Assembly (NCBI GenBank): GCA_014384375.1
Contig: JACNFY010000019.1
Coordinates: 100,262-164,261, forward strand
Reading direction: 5' to 3'
Length of the DNA stretch: 64,000 nucleotides
Source: Nanobdellati archaeon
GTDB taxonomy: Archaea > Nanobdellota > Nanobdellia > Woesearchaeales > GCA-2686295
Positions 62,475 to 64,000 of the stretch are shown here, in pieces (within the stretch, counting starts at the first letter, position 1; every line of letters starts with the position of its first letter). Below the pieces are notes generated by a model, which was not told where the DNA came from, made no database searches, and was given only the letters and a program-made list of their open reading frames with translations. The position numbers and the translations under genes are program-made.

Positions 62475-62974
62475 TCGAAAACCCTTTCTTCAACTTTTGG
62501 GATTCCTATTATTTTGATTGTAAAACTATCTATGTCCTTACCAACATCAAAGACTAGTGTTCCGGAGTTATGATGTCCGCTCAGAACCATTGCAGAGGTT
62601 GGATTAATCGATTTGCCATCAAACTCAAGTGTTGTTATCTCTTTCAAGTCAAACTGGTCCAGATCAACAGAGTGTGTGTTTACAGAAATATCGACTTCAA
62701 GTTTACCGTCTTTTGCTTCATGAGGCTTTAAATCAACAGAAACTTCTCCAGGGTCTGTGCTACCTGAGGAAATCAACTTGAAACCTGATTCTTCTATAGC
62801 TTCCGTGTTTTTTTTGGTGTCTGTTTTTCCTATATTATTAGTTGTGTCAAATGTAAAACCAGTAAAAGCCAAGACCATGGCTCCGACTGCTAAAATCAAA
62901 AACCCATATAAAAAATAGTTTTCAAAATTCTTCTTCATTTTATTAGTCCTTATTTTAGTATTTTTTATAACCAA
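62465..62974 (-). CDS. membrane-anchored exoprotein (beta-rich) with GHH motif
   Basis: 169-aa ORF with N-terminal TM and LSGHHNSGTLVF. No family recognised. Confidence 0.45.
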   Translation of the reverse strand: MVIKNTKIRTNKMKKNFENYFLYGFLILAVGAMVLAFTGFTFDTTNNIGKTDTKKNTEAIEESGFKLISSGSTDPGEVSVDLKPHEAKDGKLEVDISVNTHSVDLDQFDLKEITTLEFDGKSINPTSAMVLSGHHNSGTLVFDVGKDIDSFTIKIIGIPKVEERVFEWR

Positions 62975-63411
62975 CGCCTCACACTATTTTTGTAATCTGT
63001 GTATTTTTGATCAAAAATGTGCTTGAGTTTTCTTTCTTCATTAAAGATAAAAGTAATGTTTATTGTCGGGAGAAATGCTAGAGGAGCAAGAAATAGAGGG
63101 ATAGTTCCTATAAAAAAAGCAATTCCTATTAGTATAAGAAATAATCCTAAATACATAGGATTGCGGCTAATACTGAAAGGACCAGACGTAACTAGTGCTG
63201 TAGGTTTACCAAAAGGGTCATGAGTTGTGCTTTTTTTCTTAAATGTTCTGAAAGCCAAAATCATAAAAATTAAACTCGCAACTATAATAACACTTCCGAA
63301 GTAATTGTATGGGGAAGGAATTATTTTCGTTCCAGAGAAAAAATAATTTAATATTAAAGATACTATAAGATAAAGAATTGCAACAATAGGCGGGTAGACT
63401 CGTATGTTCAT
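62965..63411 (-). CDS. isoprenylcysteine carboxyl methyltransferase (ICMT/CzcN-like) family membrane protein
   Basis: SGPFSISRNPMYLGLFLILIG is the ICMT/PEMT family core. Confidence 0.7.
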   Translation of the reverse strand: MNIRVYPPIVAILYLIVSLILNYFFSGTKIIPSPYNYFGSVIIVASLIFMILAFRTFKKKSTTHDPFGKPTALVTSGPFSISRNPMYLGLFLILIGIAFFIGTIPLFLAPLAFLPTINITFIFNEERKLKHIFDQKYTDYKNSVRRWL

Positions 63412-63821
63412 TTTTTCATCTTGTTTTGTATTTTATCATTGATATAAAGAGAGACCCCTGTAATTGCTAGTGCTCCTCCAATCAACCAAAAAAACTTTGA
63501 AAAGCTTTGAAGTGGCTGAAAGGGAATTCCTGCAATGATAAGTCCTGAGTTGAACATTATTAGCCTGTTGGAAATACATTTTTTCTTGACATAAAAACCT
63601 ATTGTTACCAGTAAAAGTATGAAAGCTACTATCCAGAATGGTACAGCTACCTTTGTCAAGAACAGTAAGGGCATCCCTACGATAGTTATTCCTATGATTC
63701 CTAAGATAGCTATAATTCCTAGGCATAGATTGTGACAAACTTGCCAAGAGCCGAGTATGCTTGTAACTCCAGAAACACTCCCTGTTGCTCCTACCATTTT
63801 TTCTTTCAGGTTTTTAATCAT
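63408..63821 (-). CDS. small 4-TM membrane protein with CHNLC motif
   Basis: 137-aa ORF with SWQVCHNLCLGIIAILG at the first TM edge. 4-nt overlap with the next gene. Confidence 0.45.
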   Translation of the reverse strand: MIKNLKEKMVGATGSVSGVTSILGSWQVCHNLCLGIIAILGIIGITIVGMPLLFLTKVAVPFWIVAFILLLVTIGFYVKKKCISNRLIMFNSGLIIAGIPFQPLQSFSKFFWLIGGALAITGVSLYINDKIQNKMKK

Positions 63822-63845
63822 AGTAAAACACTCGCTTTAACATAA

Positions 63846-64000
63846 TTAATGGCAGCAATCATGTCCGCTATGCTTTTTCTCAGCCTTATGCATTCCTTTC
63901 TCGAATTCCTTTAGGCAGTTCTCATGGCAGAACCACTTGTTATGCTTGTAAGTTCCTTTACCTTTCTCTTCCTTCATCCCACAGATAGGGTCTGTTTTTG
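63846..64000 (-). CDS. YHS/TRASH-domain metal-binding protein (N-terminus outside the window)
   Basis: Manual translation of the minus strand gives ...KTDPICGMKEEKGKGTYKHNKWFCHENCLKEFEKGMHKAEKKHSGHDCCH-stop. Not in the ORF track because it is truncated by the window edge. Confidence 0.6.
   Translation of the reverse strand, partial: KTDPICGMKEEKGKGTYKHNKWFCHENCLKEFEKGMHKAEKKHSGHDCCH

Overview
This is a visibly AT-rich 64-kb chromosomal fragment (GC not computed). Several independent signals mark it as archaeal. It has an archaeal initiator tRNA (A1:U72, AGCGGGG acceptor). All four tRNA genes carry introns, three at non-canonical positions, and one intron is about 158 nt long in the T-loop. 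TTTATAAA boxes are centred about 26 nt upstream of start codons or tRNA 5' ends. It also encodes CDP-archaeol synthase, XPD, Pus7/TruD, Trm112, RNase HII, SMC and a PGF-pre-PGF surface protein. Dense packing, many overlapping start/stop codons and patchy metabolism suggest a small-genome (DPANN-like) archaeon; that lineage call is inference. Content from left to right: (1) a lipid head-group operon (psd-pssA-carS) with EEP phosphodiesterase, GH-like and flippase-like genes; (2) tRNA-Arg and truD; (3) an ArsR-glutaredoxin-GDCCVxC-thioredoxin-membrane CxxC operon; (4) adk, then hypothetical genes with phased repeats, XPD and a nitroreductase; (5) a surface glycoprotein abutting a truncated AglH-like gene; (6) a nucleotide-sugar/glycosylation region interrupted by a three-gene citryl-CoA synthetase/lyase-like operon, a COG1373-type ATPase, a 271-bp direct duplication of the galE 5' end bracketing a GT2 cassette, and an NTase-HEPN pair; (7) TRASH plus ZIP metal genes, a PIN-ATPase-KH protein and a transglutaminase-like exoprotein; (8) a tRNA-flanked islet with a CYTH protein and a REC-GGDEF diguanylate cyclase; (9) ahcY, rnhB, smc and glycosyltransferase/deacetylase genes; (10) an extracytoplasmic DsbA/thioredoxin cluster; (11) sufS-hypA-hypC and a group 3b type [NiFe] hydrogenase operon (hydBGDA), separated by a nuclease/toxin islet; (12) a nine-gene minus-strand operon of Cys/Met/His-motif envelope proteins (YHS, CopG/DUF411, ICMT/CzcN-like, SQR-like flavoprotein). 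No rRNA, CRISPR array, transposase or integrase was recognised. All family assignments come from motif recognition by eye, without database searches.
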